64,000 nt of DNA, taken from NCBI GenBank assembly GCA_044229975.1, contig JBGARZ010000001.1, forward strand, positions 256,001-320,000, in the 5' to 3' direction. The DNA comes from Polyangiales bacterium. Lineage in GTDB: Bacteria; Myxococcota_A; Polyangia; Polyangiales; Ga0077539. The notes under the pieces were generated by a model. It searched no databases and was not told the origin of the DNA. It saw nothing but the letters and a program-made list of their open reading frames with translations. Both the position numbers and the translations under genes were made by a program. Positions 19,530 to 29,586 of this stretch are shown in pieces; position 1 is the stretch's first letter; the number at the start of each line of letters is the position of its first letter.

Positions 19530-21218
19530 ATGAGCAGCGAAGAGACGGAGATCGCGCGCGACGTCGAGGGTTGGCTCGCGCGGCACGAGCGCAAGCAGCT
19601 CCTGCGGTTTGTGACCGTGGGCTCGGTGGACGACGGCAAGAGCACGCTCATCGGGCGCCTGCTGCACGACGCCAACGGCGTGTACGACGACCAGCTCGCG
19701 GCGGTGAAGCGCGCGAGCGCGAAGGGCGCCATCCACGACGGCAGCGCCGAGGCGGCCGACGACGACGGGGCGGAGATCGACTTCTCGCTCTTCACCGACG
19801 GGCTCAAGGCCGAGCGTGAGCAGGGCATCACCATCGACGTGGCCTACCGGTACTTCACCACGCCGAAGCGGAAGTACATCCTCGCCGACACGCCGGGGCA
19901 CGTGCAGTACACGCGCAACATGGCGACCGGGGCGTCGACCGCGGACGTGGCGCTCATCCTCCTCGACGCGCGCCTCGGGGTGCTCCCGCAGAGCCGACGG
20001 CACGCGTACATCGCGGCGCTGCTGGGCATCCCCAACCTGCTCGTGTGCGTCAACAAGATGGACCTCGTCGCCTTCGACGCGGCGGTGTTCGCGCGGCTGG
20101 CGGAGGAGTTCGGGGGCTTCGCGCGGCGGCTGGGCTTCCGCGACGTGAGCACGCTGCCGGTGAGCGCGCGGCGCGGCGACAACGTGGTGCGGCGCTCGGC
20201 GAAGAGCCCGTGGTACGGCGGTCCGACGCTGCTGGAGTACCTGGAAGCGGTGCCCATCGCGGCGGCGGTGGACGTGGCGCCGATGCGCTTTCCCGTGCAG
20301 CTCGTGCTGCGGCCGCACCTCGACTACCGCGGCTTCGCGGGGCAGGTCGCGTCGGGCGTGTTGAAGCCCGGCGATCGGGTGCGGGTGCTGCCGTCGCGGC
20401 GCGAGAGCACCGTGAAGGCCATCGACACGTACGCAGGCGAGATCGACGTGGCGCACGCGCCGATGAGCGTGACGGTGCGGCTCACGGACGAAGTGGACGT
20501 CTCGCGCGGCGACATGCTGGTGCACGTCGGGGCCGAGCCGAGGGTGGTGCAGCGCGCGGTGGCCGACCTCGTGTGGATGAGCGAGCGGGCCCTCGACGCC
20601 AGCCGCAGCTACCTGGTGAAGCACACGACGAAGGTGGTTCCGGCGCGCATCGAGCGGGTGCTGGGGCGCACCGATCTGGAGACGCTGGAGACGGTCGCGA
20701 CCGAAGGGATGGCGCTCAACGACATCGGGCGCGTGGTGGTGGCGTGCGCGCGGCCGCTCTTCCTCGATGGGTACGCGAGCAACCGGGTGACCGGGGCGTT
20801 CATCGTCATCGACGCGCTGACCAACGACACGGTGGCGGCGGGGATGTTCCGCGACGACTCGGTGCCGGAGGCGGAGGGCGCGGGCGTCGCGAAGGCGGTC
20901 TCGCGCATCGGCGCCGACGAGCGGCGGCAGCGGTACCACCACGCGGGCGCGGCGCTGTGGGGCGCGGGCGACGACGCGGCGGCCGTCGAGCGGGCGCTGT
21001 GGGACGCGGGCCTGCACGTGGCGCTGGTCGAGGGCGACGCGGGTGTGGTCGCGGTGGCGGCGCGGGCGCTGGTGGCGGCGGGCGCGATCGCGGTGTGCGT
21101 GGCGACGGACGAGACGACGGCGGACGCGGTGCGGCTCGCGGTGGGCGACGATGCCTTCGTGACGCTAGAGCGGGCGGACGCGGCGCTGGCGACGTTGCAG
21201 GCGCGCGGGCTCGCGTAG
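19530..21218 (+). CDS. cysN: Sulfate adenylyltransferase subunit 1 (GTPase) with vestigial APS-kinase-like tail
   Basis: GSVDDGKSTLIGRLL, EREQGITIDVAYRYF, DTPGHVQYTRNM, VNKMD, NDIGRV, TGAFIVID...TVAAG; the tail has no P-loop. Confidence 0.95.
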   Translation: MSSEETEIARDVEGWLARHERKQLLRFVTVGSVDDGKSTLIGRLLHDANGVYDDQLAAVKRASAKGAIHDGSAEAADDDGAEIDFSLFTDGLKAEREQGITIDVAYRYFTTPKRKYILADTPGHVQYTRNMATGASTADVALILLDARLGVLPQSRRHAYIAALLGIPNLLVCVNKMDLVAFDAAVFARLAEEFGGFARRLGFRDVSTLPVSARRGDNVVRRSAKSPWYGGPTLLEYLEAVPIAAAVDVAPMRFPVQLVLRPHLDYRGFAGQVASGVLKPGDRVRVLPSRRESTVKAIDTYAGEIDVAHAPMSVTVRLTDEVDVSRGDMLVHVGAEPRVVQRAVADLVWMSERALDASRSYLVKHTTKVVPARIERVLGRTDLETLETVATEGMALNDIGRVVVACARPLFLDGYASNRVTGAFIVIDALTNDTVAAGMFRDDSVPEAEGAGVAKAVSRIGADERRQRYHHAGAALWGAGDDAAAVERALWDAGLHVALVEGDAGVVAVAARALVAAGAIAVCVATDETTADAVRLAVGDDAFVTLERADAALATLQARGLA

Positions 21219-21222
21219 CCCG

Positions 21223-22143
<921 letters not shown>

Positions 22144-22150
22144 CGCCCGC

Positions 22151-23191
22151 TCAGTCCCCCGCGAGCGGCCAGTGCGCCCACGCGCCGAACACCCCGTCGC
22201 CCAACAGCGCGCCGACGTAGCCCGCCTCGGCGCACTCCTCTGCGTCGTCGACCCCGTAGGCGTTGCCGACCATGTCCGCGCAGATGCGCAGCCCCAGGCC
22301 CGAGCCCGTCGTCGAGTACGTTCCCTCGAAGAGCTGGCCGAGCTCGTCGCCAAACCTCCGTTGCAGCGCCCCTGCCTCGCCTGCGTCGACGCGGTTGGCC
22401 ACCGCCACGTGCAGGCTGGTCGGCGCGCCCGCCGGCACCGCCGAGAGCACCACGTGCACGCCGCCGTCGCTGGCGTGGCGCAGGGCGTTGTTGATCAGGT
22501 TGTAGATCACGCGGTCGAGCGCCGTGAACTCGATGCAGCTCTCGCAGACCGTCCCCTCGAAGCGCTGGTCGAGCCGCACGCGCACGTCCCCCTCGCCCCG
22601 CGCGCTCGCCACCGGAACCATCGCCTCCGACCACTTCTCCGTCAGCAACCCCACGTCGTGCCGCTTCAGCGTCTGGTCGCGCTCGCGGCCCGCGTCGTCG
22701 ATGCCCAGCAGCGCCGCGCGCATGATCTTCCGGTGGTCGCGCACGCGGTAGTGGACGCGCAGCAGATCGTCCGGCCCGACGCGGCCCGTCTCCACCATCT
22801 GCAACAGGAGCAGCAGCGACGTGAGCGGACCGCCCCGGACGTCGTGCACCACCTTGGCGACCAGCGAGCCTTCGTCGCGCGCGGGCGTCGCGTGCCCGAA
22901 GGACTGCATCGCCCGCAGGTGCGGACGCGTCGGGTGCGCGGCGAGGTGGGACCGCAAGGCGTCGGTCACGGGCAGCGCACCGGGCGTCGAGGCCGTGACC
23001 GCCTCGATGGCGCCGAGCCAGTCGTAGAGCGCGCGGGCGATGGCACGGTCGGCCTCGCCCAGCGCCGAGAGCGGGAGGCGAAGCGCCTCGCCGCGGAAGC
23101 GTTCGACCCGATGGTTGTCGACGACCTCAGGCATCGCCCGCGCGAGGAGCGCGTCGGTCCAGATCGCCGGGAGTGCAGCGCGATGATCCAT
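22151..23191 (-). CDS. Atypical cytoplasmic histidine kinase-like protein
   Basis: H-box-like VVHDVRGGPLTSL, N-box YNLINNALRHA, G2 YSTTGSGLGLRIC; no TM segment and no DxGxG box. ATG at 23191 is preceded by TACAAT. Confidence 0.75.
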   Translation of the reverse strand: MDHRAALPAIWTDALLARAMPEVVDNHRVERFRGEALRLPLSALGEADRAIARALYDWLGAIEAVTASTPGALPVTDALRSHLAAHPTRPHLRAMQSFGHATPARDEGSLVAKVVHDVRGGPLTSLLLLLQMVETGRVGPDDLLRVHYRVRDHRKIMRAALLGIDDAGRERDQTLKRHDVGLLTEKWSEAMVPVASARGEGDVRVRLDQRFEGTVCESCIEFTALDRVIYNLINNALRHASDGGVHVVLSAVPAGAPTSLHVAVANRVDAGEAGALQRRFGDELGQLFEGTYSTTGSGLGLRICADMVGNAYGVDDAEECAEAGYVGALLGDGVFGAWAHWPLAGD

Positions 23192-23228
23192 GGCGGGCGC
23201 GGATTGTATCCGACGCGCCGCGCCCTCG

Positions 23229-24797
23229 TCAGCGCACGAAGAGGTACGCGAACACCCGCGTGTCGCGGTCGCCGTTTTCCGGTGAGCACGAGGCCGAGTT
23301 GCCCGCCGAGTTGCCCGCCGACGAGGGGAGGCACGCGTTGTCCTGGCCGCCCAGCCCGATGCGCGAGTCGGGCGAGCCGCAGTCGTTCTCCTGGTTGGAC
23401 ACCATCCCGAGGCGCACGCGGGTGTAGCCCGCGACGGCGTTGTTGAAGCCCTCGCGGTTGCAGTTGGGCTGGAGCGAGCCCGACGCCATGAGCCCGAGCC
23501 AACCCGCCCGGCTGATGCTGGTCGCCTCGTAGTTCTCCGTCGCAAACACCGTCATCAACGAGGTCGCGCTGCGAAACGGGATCACCACCGCGCGGCTCGT
23601 CCCACCGTCCACGAAGGCGAGGCGCACGCTCGTGAAGGCCACCGTCGAGAAGGCCGCGGACTTCATCTCGATGGGGTCGACGTTGGTCGACGAGGCGTTG
23701 AGCGTGGCGTTGTTGGTCCAGAGCGCGCTGTCGTAGAGGAAGGTCGGCTGCAACCCGTCGGCCTTGAGCGCGAGCGTCCAGCCGCCGCCGTCGCTCGCCA
23801 TGTCGCAATAGACGCTGAAAGGCGCCGCTCCGCCGGTGCCATCAGGGTCGATGGTATACGCCCCGCTCGCGAGTGAGGAACGCGCCGCGTGAAGCTCCGC
23901 GCAGCTCCGCATCGCCGCGCACGCGCCCGCCACGCACACCTCGGAAGCGCCGCACGCGTTGCCGCAGGTGCCGCAGTTCGCGGGGTCCGTCGCGGTGGTC
24001 ACCTCGCAGCCATTGGCGGCCAGCCCGTCGCAGTTGTTGTGGCCCGCCTCGCACGACGCCACGCCGCAGAGCCCATCGACGCAGGCGCCCGTCGCCGACG
24101 CGGGCGCGCAGGCCATGCCGCAGCCGCCGCAGTGCGCGACGGTCGTCCGTGTGTCGGTCTCGCAGCCGTTGGCGGCCATTCCGTCGCAGTTGGCGTACGG
24201 GGCGGCGCACACCGCGACGGCGCACGCGCCTGCCACGCACGATGCGGTGGCGTGATCGAGCGCGCAGGCGGCGTCGCACGCTCCGCAGTGGGAGGTGGTG
24301 GTGCGGAGGTCGACGCACGCCCCGCCGCAGCAGGTGGCGCCCGTCGCACACCCGCGCGTCGCGGTGCACCCGGGAGCGCATCGACGGTCCATGCACACGT
24401 TGCCGAGGGGGCAGTGCTCGCTCGTGAGGCAGGTGACGCAGGCGTGGGCGACGGGGTCGCAGCGCAGGGACACCGTTCCGCCGTCGACGGAGAGCGCGGG
24501 GCAGCCTTCGTCCGAGTGGCACCCGGAGACGCACGCGCGCGTGGCGGTGTCGCAGTGCTGCGCCGCGGGGCAGGCGTCATCCGACGCGCAGCCGGTGTCG
24601 ATGGGAACGTCCGCGACGTCGACGCCCGCGTCCATCGGGCGCACCACGGGGACGTCCATGGACTCGCCGACGTCGACGGCCTTCACGTCCTCGGGCTTGA
24701 ACCCGGCGTCGTCGGTCGTCGCAGGCGCTTCGTCGAAGCAGCCGGTCAGCGCCGCCGCGAGCGCCAGCGTTCTCCATCGGGTCGTCGCGGTGATCAC
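23229..24797 (-). CDS. Cys-rich repeat lipoprotein with C-terminal fibrinogen-related domain
   Basis: Lipobox LTGC, DCDG..ANGCE/HCGxC repeats, then RSCAEL...SGAYTIDPDG...VYCDMASDGGGWTL (YCDxxxxGGGW) and QPNCNREGFN...RLG...NQENDCGSPDSRIGLG. Confidence 0.85.
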   Translation of the reverse strand: MITATTRWRTLALAAALTGCFDEAPATTDDAGFKPEDVKAVDVGESMDVPVVRPMDAGVDVADVPIDTGCASDDACPAAQHCDTATRACVSGCHSDEGCPALSVDGGTVSLRCDPVAHACVTCLTSEHCPLGNVCMDRRCAPGCTATRGCATGATCCGGACVDLRTTTSHCGACDAACALDHATASCVAGACAVAVCAAPYANCDGMAANGCETDTRTTVAHCGGCGMACAPASATGACVDGLCGVASCEAGHNNCDGLAANGCEVTTATDPANCGTCGNACGASEVCVAGACAAMRSCAELHAARSSLASGAYTIDPDGTGGAAPFSVYCDMASDGGGWTLALKADGLQPTFLYDSALWTNNATLNASSTNVDPIEMKSAAFSTVAFTSVRLAFVDGGTSRAVVIPFRSATSLMTVFATENYEATSISRAGWLGLMASGSLQPNCNREGFNNAVAGYTRVRLGMVSNQENDCGSPDSRIGLGGQDNACLPSSAGNSAGNSASCSPENGDRDTRVFAYLFVR

Positions 24798-24939
24798 GGC
24801 GCGATCGTAGTGACCGGGCGGCGCTGCGGTCCAGCGCCGGATCGAGCCCACGTTGCCCAAGTTGAGCAACGTCGGCGCGACCCGCCGACCACAGCCGCTC
24901 AGCCGTCACGAAGCGGCTTGATTTTCAGCACATTCGCCG

Positions 24940-24955
24940 TGGCACACGGGCTGCT
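24940..24955 (+). promoter_or_regulatory. Candidate sigma54 -24/-12 promoter
   Basis: TGGCACACGGGCTGCT with exact GG-N10-GC spacing, preceded by an AT-rich tract (TTGATTTT, IHF-site-like). Confidence 0.6.
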
Positions 24956-24972
24956 CACGGGCTTTGCAACCC

Positions 24973-25764
24973 ATGCAAAGCCGCCCCTCGCTCGACCCGC
25001 CGGCTCCGCGCCGGAGCTTCCTTCCCTTCATCGCCGTGTCGCTCGACGCGGACGCCGCGACGCTGCGCCGCGAGCTCGAGACCATCCAGCGCTCGGCCCG
25101 CGATGCGTGGCGGTTGCGCCGCGAGCTCGCGGCCTTCTTCCTCGTGACGGTCGCCCTCTTCGGCATCGCGCAGGTGGTGCGCGAGCTCATCCACCCGCAG
25201 CTCTCGCCGCTCCGTCAGATGGGCTACTCGTGGGGCTTCCTGCTGCTGCTGCTCGGTCCCATCGGGTGGTTTGTTCGCCACCAGCCGCTGCCGCTGCGCG
25301 CGCTCGGGCTCACCACCGACGGCGCGCGCGAGAGCCTTCGCGAGGCCGCCGTCGTCGCGCTCGGCCTCGCCGCTGCCTGCGTCGCGCTGCGCGTCGGGCC
25401 CGTGCTGCGCGGTGAGCCGTGGCTCGTCTGGGGGTCGGTCGCCAGCTACTCGCGCGGCGAGTTCGCGCTCTTCCTCCTCGCGTACGGGCCGCACTGCTTC
25501 CTTCAGGAGTTCGTCGCGCGCGGCGTCATCCAGACCTCGCTCGAACGCCTGCTCCCCGCCGACGCCGGGCCGCTCGCCCCGGTGCTCGTGACGTCCGTGC
25601 TCTTCGGCGTCTTCCACCTCTACGTGTCGCCGAGCTTCGCGCTCATCACCTTCGTCGTCAGCGTCCTCTTCGGCCTCTTCTACGAGCGCCGCCGCACCCT
25701 CGTCGGCGTCACCGCGGTGCACGCCGCGCTCGGCCTCGCGAGCGTCGCCGTCGGCCTCAACTGA
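24973..25764 (+). CDS. CPBP/Abi-family intramembrane metalloprotease
   Basis: Multi-TM; LQEFVARG (variant of EExxxR), LFGVFH, LVGVTAVH. Confidence 0.8.
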   Translation: MQSRPSLDPPAPRRSFLPFIAVSLDADAATLRRELETIQRSARDAWRLRRELAAFFLVTVALFGIAQVVRELIHPQLSPLRQMGYSWGFLLLLLGPIGWFVRHQPLPLRALGLTTDGARESLREAAVVALGLAAACVALRVGPVLRGEPWLVWGSVASYSRGEFALFLLAYGPHCFLQEFVARGVIQTSLERLLPADAGPLAPVLVTSVLFGVFHLYVSPSFALITFVVSVLFGLFYERRRTLVGVTAVHAALGLASVAVGLN

Positions 25765-25793
25765 TCTCTCCCCTCCACGAAGTGAGGTCTCCC

Positions 25794-27269
25794 ATGCGCA
25801 TCGCCATCATCAGCACGTACACGCACCCCACCAGGCTCCCGAAGAAGGAGCGCTCCGTGATGCAGTCCTCCGTCCCCGAGCTGCTCGCGGGCCTGTGCCC
25901 CGCCGACGCCGAGATCGAGCTCTACAACGAGAAGGAGGTGGACGTTCCCCTCGACCGCGACTGGGACCTCGTCTTCTTCTCCTACCTCCACTCGTACTAC
26001 GAGCACACCAAGGTGCTCTCCGCGCTCTTCCGCCGGCGCGGCATCACCACCGTCGCGGGCGGCCGCCACGCGGGGCACTTCGTCGACGACGCGCTCCGCT
26101 ACTTCGACGCCGTCGTGGTGGGCGACCCCGAGGCCAACGTCCCCGTGCTCATCGCCGACTTCCAGCGGGGTGAGATGCAGCGCCGCTACGACCACGCCCC
26201 CGTCGCGCCCGTCCAGATTCGCGCGCCGCGCTACGACCTCATCGACTTCCGCAGCCCGGTGCGCGCGCCCGGGATCGAAGCGTCGCGGGGGTGTCCGTTC
26301 TCCTGCAACTTCTGCGTGCTCACGGGGCATGAGCGGTACCGCTACCGGCCGGTGGCCGACGTGGTGCGCGAGATCGAGACGAAGATGCGCTTCAACCGCA
26401 CGACCTTCAGCATCGTCGACGACGTGTTCACGTTTCTCGACAACAACCTGGGCGGGTCGCCGAAGTACCTGCGCGAGCTGTGCGAGGCGCTCATCCCCCT
26501 CAACAAGCAGTGGGGCTGCGCGCTCACCTGGAACATCCTCGAAGACGAGGAGCTGGTGAAGCTCATGTCGCGCGCCGGGTGCCGGTACATCTACACGGGC
26601 CTGGAGTCCTTCAACCCGGAGTCCATCGCCGCGGTCAACAAGGGGCAGAACAAGCTCGCCGACCTGCGCGCCGTGATGAAGCGCACCTACGAGCACGGCA
26701 TCCTCCTGTCGTTCGGACTGCTGGTGGGCACCGACGGCGACACCAACGAGTACCTCTCGCGCGTCCCCGAGTACCTCGACGAGCTGCGCTACGGCTCGGT
26801 GACCTTCCTCGGCATCGTGTGCCCGTACCCCGAGACGCCGTTTTTCGCGCAGGTCGCGGCCGAGGGTCGGCTGCTGCCCAACACCACCATCCGCGACTAC
26901 GACGGCTACACGCTCTGCCACCGGCCGAAGCACCTGCACCCCTCGGAGGCGGTCGAGCATTTCAAGCGCCTCTGCGGCGAGATCGGCAGCCTCCGCAACG
27001 TCGGGCGCCACCTGCTGCACAAGCTGCCGCTGAGCAACGCGCCCCGGTACAAGTCGGGCATCCTCCTGTCGGCGCCGGAGGTGCTCAGCATCCGCGCGCC
27101 GCTGGGCAACCCCGAGCGCCGCTACATCGCGGGCCAGGACCCCATCGAGGCGTGGGACGCGCGGATGATGCGCGAGCTCGGACTGGAGGTGCAGCGCATC
27201 GACGGCACCGAGAAGCTCGCGTCGGCCAAGGGGCTCGCGCGGACGAAGCGGCTCGCGCAGGCGGCGTGA
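25794..27269 (+). CDS. B12-binding domain radical SAM enzyme
   Basis: N-terminal cobalamin-binding-like domain (VAGGRH...DAVVVGDPE), SRGCPFSCNFC, FLDNNL, YTGLES, PYPETP. Confidence 0.9.
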   Translation: MRIAIISTYTHPTRLPKKERSVMQSSVPELLAGLCPADAEIELYNEKEVDVPLDRDWDLVFFSYLHSYYEHTKVLSALFRRRGITTVAGGRHAGHFVDDALRYFDAVVVGDPEANVPVLIADFQRGEMQRRYDHAPVAPVQIRAPRYDLIDFRSPVRAPGIEASRGCPFSCNFCVLTGHERYRYRPVADVVREIETKMRFNRTTFSIVDDVFTFLDNNLGGSPKYLRELCEALIPLNKQWGCALTWNILEDEELVKLMSRAGCRYIYTGLESFNPESIAAVNKGQNKLADLRAVMKRTYEHGILLSFGLLVGTDGDTNEYLSRVPEYLDELRYGSVTFLGIVCPYPETPFFAQVAAEGRLLPNTTIRDYDGYTLCHRPKHLHPSEAVEHFKRLCGEIGSLRNVGRHLLHKLPLSNAPRYKSGILLSAPEVLSIRAPLGNPERRYIAGQDPIEAWDARMMRELGLEVQRIDGTEKLASAKGLARTKRLAQAA

Positions 27270-27270
27270 G

Positions 27271-27885
27271 TCAGAGCGTGCGGCGGATGGTGTCGAGCAG
27301 CTGCTGTCGGTGGAAGAGCTCGGTCACGTAGTCGATGCGATCGGTCTCCAGCACCAGCGTGGGCGAGCGGTCGTAGCGGGTAAACCAGCCCTCGTAGAGC
27401 TCGTGGAGGGCCTTCAGGTACGGCGTCGGGATGGACTGTTCGTAGGCGCGGCCGCGCATCTGGATGCGCTTGCGGAGGGTCTTCACCTCGCAGCGCAGAT
27501 AGATCATCAGGTCGGGCGGACGGAGCTCGCTGCGCAGCGACGTGTAGAGGTCGGAGTACGTCGCCCAGTCGCGATCGTTGATGTGGCCCTGCTGGTGGAG
27601 GTACGCGGCGAAGACCTCGGCGTCCTCGTCGAGCGTGCGGTCCTGCACCACGCCGCGGCCCGAGGCTTCGAGCTCGCGGTGGATCTTGAAGCGCTTCACC
27701 AGGAAGAAGAGCTGGCTGTTGAAGGCCCACCGCGGCATGTCGCCGTAGAAGTCCGCGAGGTAGGGGTTTTCGTCGTGCGGCTCGAAGAAGGGCGTCAGCT
27801 CGAACTGCTGACACAGCCACTTCACCAGGCTCGATTTGCCAGAGCCCATGTTGCCCGCGACCGCGATGTAGCGAGGGGTTGCCAT
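27271..27885 (-). CDS. Deoxynucleoside kinase
   Basis: IAVAGNMGSGKSS P-loop, ENPYLADFY, WAFNSQLFFL, QDRTLDED, PDLMIYL, RIQMRGRAYE. Confidence 0.92.
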   Translation of the reverse strand: MATPRYIAVAGNMGSGKSSLVKWLCQQFELTPFFEPHDENPYLADFYGDMPRWAFNSQLFFLVKRFKIHRELEASGRGVVQDRTLDEDAEVFAAYLHQQGHINDRDWATYSDLYTSLRSELRPPDLMIYLRCEVKTLRKRIQMRGRAYEQSIPTPYLKALHELYEGWFTRYDRSPTLVLETDRIDYVTELFHRQQLLDTIRRTL

Positions 27886-27959
27886 CGGTGTCGCCGAGCG
27901 TAGTTCCGTCGCGGGCGCGGCGACAGTTTCCGCCGCGTCGTGCGGCGAGCGAGGGAGAG

Positions 27960-28108
27960 CCGCAAGGGCGCAGGGGTCGCAAGGATGAGGGGAGGGTTGC
28001 GCGAATGGTTCGCACTGCCTGCGTTGGCCCTCCCTCGCCTCGCGCACCCGTCACCGATGCATCTTTGAGAGACCTTTCTTCCCCCTTGCGACCCCTGCGC
28101 CCTTGCGG
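27960..28108. repeat. Intergenic 25-bp perfect inverted repeat (REP/MITE-like)
   Basis: CCGCAAGGGCGCAGGGGTCGCAAGG at 27960-27984 and its exact reverse complement at 28084-28108; each arm has three CGCA(A/G)GG units. Confidence 0.85.
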
Positions 28109-28162
28109 TTGCCTCTCTCTCGTTGAGCGCCCACTGCCGCTCGCGAATCAAGGAGACCCCCG

Positions 28163-28552
28163 ATGATCGACCACACCGGATACGACGTCAGCGACGCCGC
28201 GGTGAGCCGCCGCTTCTACGAAGCCGCGCTCGCCCCGCTCGGATACAAGGTCTTGATGGAGGTGCCGATCGAGTTCACGGGCGGCGCGGTCGTGCTGGGC
28301 CTCGGCGTCCCACCGAAGCCCGACTTCTGGCTGCACCAGGGCACGCCGCAGACGCCGCGGGTCCACATCGCGTTTCGTGGGGACACTCGCGCCGTGGTCG
28401 ATGCCTTCTACCGCGCGGCCCTCGCCGCAGGCGGCACCGACAACGGCCCGCCGGGTCTGCGCCCGCACTACCACCCGAACTACTACGGCGCCTTCGTGCG
28501 CGACCCCGACGGCTACAACGTCGAGGTCTGCTGTCACGACCCTGAGCCCTGA
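28163..28552 (+). CDS. VOC/glyoxalase family protein
   Basis: MIDHTG, SRRFYEAALAPLG, HIAF, VDAFYRAALAAGGTDNGPPGLRPHYHPNYYGAFVRDPDGYNVEVCCH; AAGGAG RBS. Confidence 0.93.
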   Translation: MIDHTGYDVSDAAVSRRFYEAALAPLGYKVLMEVPIEFTGGAVVLGLGVPPKPDFWLHQGTPQTPRVHIAFRGDTRAVVDAFYRAALAAGGTDNGPPGLRPHYHPNYYGAFVRDPDGYNVEVCCHDPEP

Positions 28553-29565
28553 TCCCGAGGCTCGCCCTCGTCGTCCGTCACCGCTTCGCCGACCGTTCCG
28601 TCGCTCTCCACCCGCTTGCGCCGCGATTGCGGGGCCTCGCGGCGCACCGCGCACTCCGGCGCCACCGCGCTCTCGACCTCCTCGCTGACCACCACCCGCG
28701 CCCCCGGTGCCCCGGTCACCGCGCGCGCCGTCATCACCGGGTGTCCGGTCGCTCCGACCGCCCCGCGCCGCGACGCCGCCCGCTGCTGCCACGCCCGCGC
28801 CAGCGACGGCATCACCGAGCCCCGCAGCGCCCGCATCAGCTCGTCGGGCATCGTCACCGCGTCGGAGCCGTCGTCGTGCAGGGGCGCCCCGAGGTCCCTC
28901 GCCCGTTGCAGCAGCTCCAGTGTTCGCACCACGGTCAGCTCACGCACCGCCGCCAGCTCGCCGACCTCGCAGCGCGCGCCCAGCACCGCCGCCGCCCGCA
29001 CGGTCATCAGCTCGTCGGGACCGAGCGCCCGCAGCGCCGCGCCCCAGTCCTCCTCCGGGGCCATCGGCTTCGGCTCTTCGGCGACGGTCACCTCCACCGC
29101 GCCGAGCTCGCGCGCCGTGTCGAAGAGCGCCTGCGCCTCGGGCAAGCGCACCTCGTCGGTGAAGCCCAGCACCACCGGCATCCGCAGCGAACCCGGCAGC
29201 GACAGCCACCGTCGCAAGGTCGCCAGCGTCTCCTGATCGGCCCGCTGCACGTCGTCGAGCAGCAGCGCGCACCCAGCGGGGTTCTTCGCCGCCAGCCGGT
29301 TGAGCGCTCGCGCGAGCGACTCGGCCTTCGCGCTCCCTCGCGCCACCCCGACGGCGTCGAGCGCGTGGTCTTCGCCCATCCACTGGAGCGCCCTCGCTGC
29401 CGCCTCACGCAACGGCGCCAGCGGCCGCGCGCCCGCCTCGCAGCGCACCCGCAGCGCCGACCAGCCCGGCGGGATGGGGAGCACCGCGGGGAGGTCGCCC
29501 AGCACCAGCACCGGGTGCCCTTCGGCGAGCGCGCGCTGCATGGCCATGGCCTGGTGGGGTTGCAT
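28534..29565 (-). CDS. Hypothetical protein, degenerate AAA/STAND-ATPase-like with winged helix
   Basis: LRVRCE...PLAPL, Walker-B-like ALLLDDVQRADQETL, C-terminal VRAAAVLG...ELAAV...LELLQRA; no Walker A visible. Confidence 0.6.
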   Translation of the reverse strand: MQPHQAMAMQRALAEGHPVLVLGDLPAVLPIPPGWSALRVRCEAGARPLAPLREAAARALQWMGEDHALDAVGVARGSAKAESLARALNRLAAKNPAGCALLLDDVQRADQETLATLRRWLSLPGSLRMPVVLGFTDEVRLPEAQALFDTARELGAVEVTVAEEPKPMAPEEDWGAALRALGPDELMTVRAAAVLGARCEVGELAAVRELTVVRTLELLQRARDLGAPLHDDGSDAVTMPDELMRALRGSVMPSLARAWQQRAASRRGAVGATGHPVMTARAVTGAPGARVVVSEEVESAVAPECAVRREAPQSRRKRVESDGTVGEAVTDDEGEPRDQGSGS

Positions 29566-29586
29566 GACCGCGAGCGTAGCGAAGAG

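Noticed and set aside
23192..23545. N-terminal extension of the histidine kinase ORF
   Set aside because: Overlaps the fibrinogen-domain gene in another frame; ATG 23191 has its own TACAAT element.
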